From: Octopus sinensis | Taxonomy: Eukaryota | Direction of reading: 5' to 3' | Length of the DNA: 36,728 bases | Assembly: GCF_006345805.1 (NCBI RefSeq) | Contig: NW_021833392.1 | Span: 1-36,728, forward strand | Shown here: one piece after another, positions 34,771 through 36,728 of the stretch | Layout of the letters: each line of letters opens with the position of its first letter | Position numbering within the stretch: position 1 is the stretch's first letter | The notes under the pieces: generated by a model | The model's database searches: none | Told to the model about the DNA's origin: nothing | The model's input: the letters and a program-made list of their open reading frames with translations, nothing else | Made by a program: the position numbers and the translations under genes

Positions 34771-36480
34771 TGTGCTCCTAAGATCGCGGGCGGCCTGTAA
34801 TCGTGACGATTGTCTGTTTTATACCTGCAAACCACGAACAGAATAGTGCATAAAACTAAGAGCAGGTTAGCTAGGTTTTTTAATAGAATGGGCATGAGTA
34901 TAGTTTTTGATAATGAACTCACCAAGGCTAATTTCCTAGACGTTACACTTAACCTTAATAGCGACTCATACTACTGCCCTTACCATAAGCCTTCCACTAA
35001 TTTGAAGTATGTCAGTGTCTTCTCAAATCATGCCAAAACCGTAACAGACAATTTGGTTAAAAACATCTCTCTAAGATTGTCTGGCTTGTCCGCCAGTGCC
35101 GATATTTTTATGCAGAAAGCGGATTTTTATAACGCCGCACTATCCAAGGCCGGTTTGGCAGAAGGTAATTTATATTGATCCGGCCCTTCCGATGCCATCA
35201 TTCGGTCATCAGGATAGGGCCGTATATAATAACATTAACATTTAAGTAAGGACGGGAGCGCGGCGGATACCGGGGTAGTCGCTCACTCCCGCATTAATTT
35301 AGCGAACAAGGATAATTATCGGTCCGGGAGGTCTTACACTAACCCAAGACCCGTTATTCATCCGAGAATCACCCACCCAAATGCGAGAGCTGGCGTCCCG
35401 ACCCATCACACTGATAGGAACACATATATGGTTTGTAATCCCCTTGGTAAGCAGATTAGAACTAACCTCCCCCTCATGTTTAGACAAGCCATCGCCAATA
35501 ACTTCCCCAGAAATTCCATATATTACTCCACGGTTAACTCACATAAAGTTAGGATAGCTTTCTCCAACACTAAAAACCTCGCCCAGATAATCGCCTCCCA
35601 TAATAATAGGCTACTTACTAAGACCCTATCATCACCTTTTTCCGAGGCACAGCCTCTTCCGCTCCCGGTTTAATGCTCAGTAGGATAATTATAGTAGTAA
35701 TAATGATATGAGAGCCAGTACAGTGACACATAATCTCAGCTCCAGCCAGGGAGTACCCACTAGGGGTATAGTTATAAATAGGGTGTTTGGTTGACGGTAA
35801 CAATGGAGTAGGGTAGAGAGCCCCTTTAGCATCACCAGCATCATTTCCCGCAATAGCAGTACCACGGGCAGTAGCAATGACAGCACTCTGATAGATAGTG
35901 GAGATCAGGGTTATTCCTATAGTTAATAGTGACGTAGTGGAAAATAGAGTAGTAAGCGGCTGCAGGTCTCGGAACGATTATAGTGACAGGAACGCAGTTC
36001 TAATTTCAGAAACCAATCCTAGCAGAGTAAGATTCACGTCGGCGAACTCCAAGATCAAAAACGCCGTCTACCAATGCAAGGTTTACACGGACTCAGATGC
36101 CTTCACTTATATGGGGCATCATCCTCAAGATTTCTTTGCGTGTCTCCAACCATTACGCAACTTTTCGGGACGTGAACAAGCGCCAGACCACGGGACTCAG
36201 TAAGCTAATATGGCGACTGAAGGATGCGAAACTTAAGCTATAGGCTGGAATGGTCAATTTTGTCGGTGACCCTCCCATTTGATAGGGGCAGAAGACAGTG
36301 CAACCTTTGTGTCTCCGAACTCTTCCATATTTTGTTTGCCAGAGGCCGGATGGTAAACGGGCTCTTACAGTGGCTTTTCGATGCCCCCTTGGCGGCGTTA
36401 CACTTATCTGCCTTTAATAGCGTTTATAATAAGACCGGCACCCATAGCCCTTGGTAACAAATTCTGAAATAGCTTTTAAG
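34771..36480 (+). mobile_element. 5'-truncated Penelope-like retroelement (RT C-half, linker, GIY-YIG), frameshifted
   Basis: Segments in order: GL(Y)RDDCL at ~34792-34815 with a 1-nt insertion; ANFLDVTLNLNSDSYYCPYHKPSTNLKYVSVFSNHA..ISLRLSGLS..FYNAALSKAG; TNLPLMFRQAIANNFPRNS..VRIAFSNTKNLAQIIASHNNRLL; AVYQCKVYTDSDAFTYMG; LSKLIWRLKD..YRLEWSIL..RRQCNLCVSE. Confidence 0.93.
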
Positions 36481-36728
36481 ATATCTACAATTAACCACTG
36501 CAAGGGAAATTACTCCTGTAAGACAAACGGGGCTTGTTTTTTTTACAGCGGGGGTTCCTTGTCAAGGCAGGCTTAGATGAACACACACACACACACATAA
36601 AACATAATATATATATATAATTTTTTTTTTTTTTTTCTTTCTGCCACCCAACGGTTATCACGGCAGTAGCCACTGACAGCCGAACGATCAAACGCACACA
36701 CGTACACAAAAAATGTTTTCTACCCCTA

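Overview
AT-rich, microsatellite-saturated metazoan intronic or intergenic DNA. The SINE families resemble octopus/coleoid cephalopod repeats (recognition, not a database result). I can support no intact protein-coding gene. Almost all listed ORFs are translations of (TA)n, (ATT)n, (TACA)n and (CA)n repeats or of SINEs. The window is a graveyard of mobile elements: two degenerate Penelope-like elements (RT/GIY-YIG, Naiad-like motifs), Tc1/mariner remnants (mariner, maT/DD37D-like, rosa-like), R4/Dong-type RLE LINE ends, a CR1-like LINE 3' end, a Helitron 5' end, a hAT MITE end, and more than 15 tRNA-derived SINE copies from about 3 families. The most notable signal is a set of about a dozen type I hammerhead-ribozyme motifs, from intact to degenerate. 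They sit in short, (TA)n-flanked, Penelope pLTR-like elements, several arranged as fold-backs. One is a ~620 bp near-perfect palindrome at 2422-3040 with an intact hammerhead on each strand.
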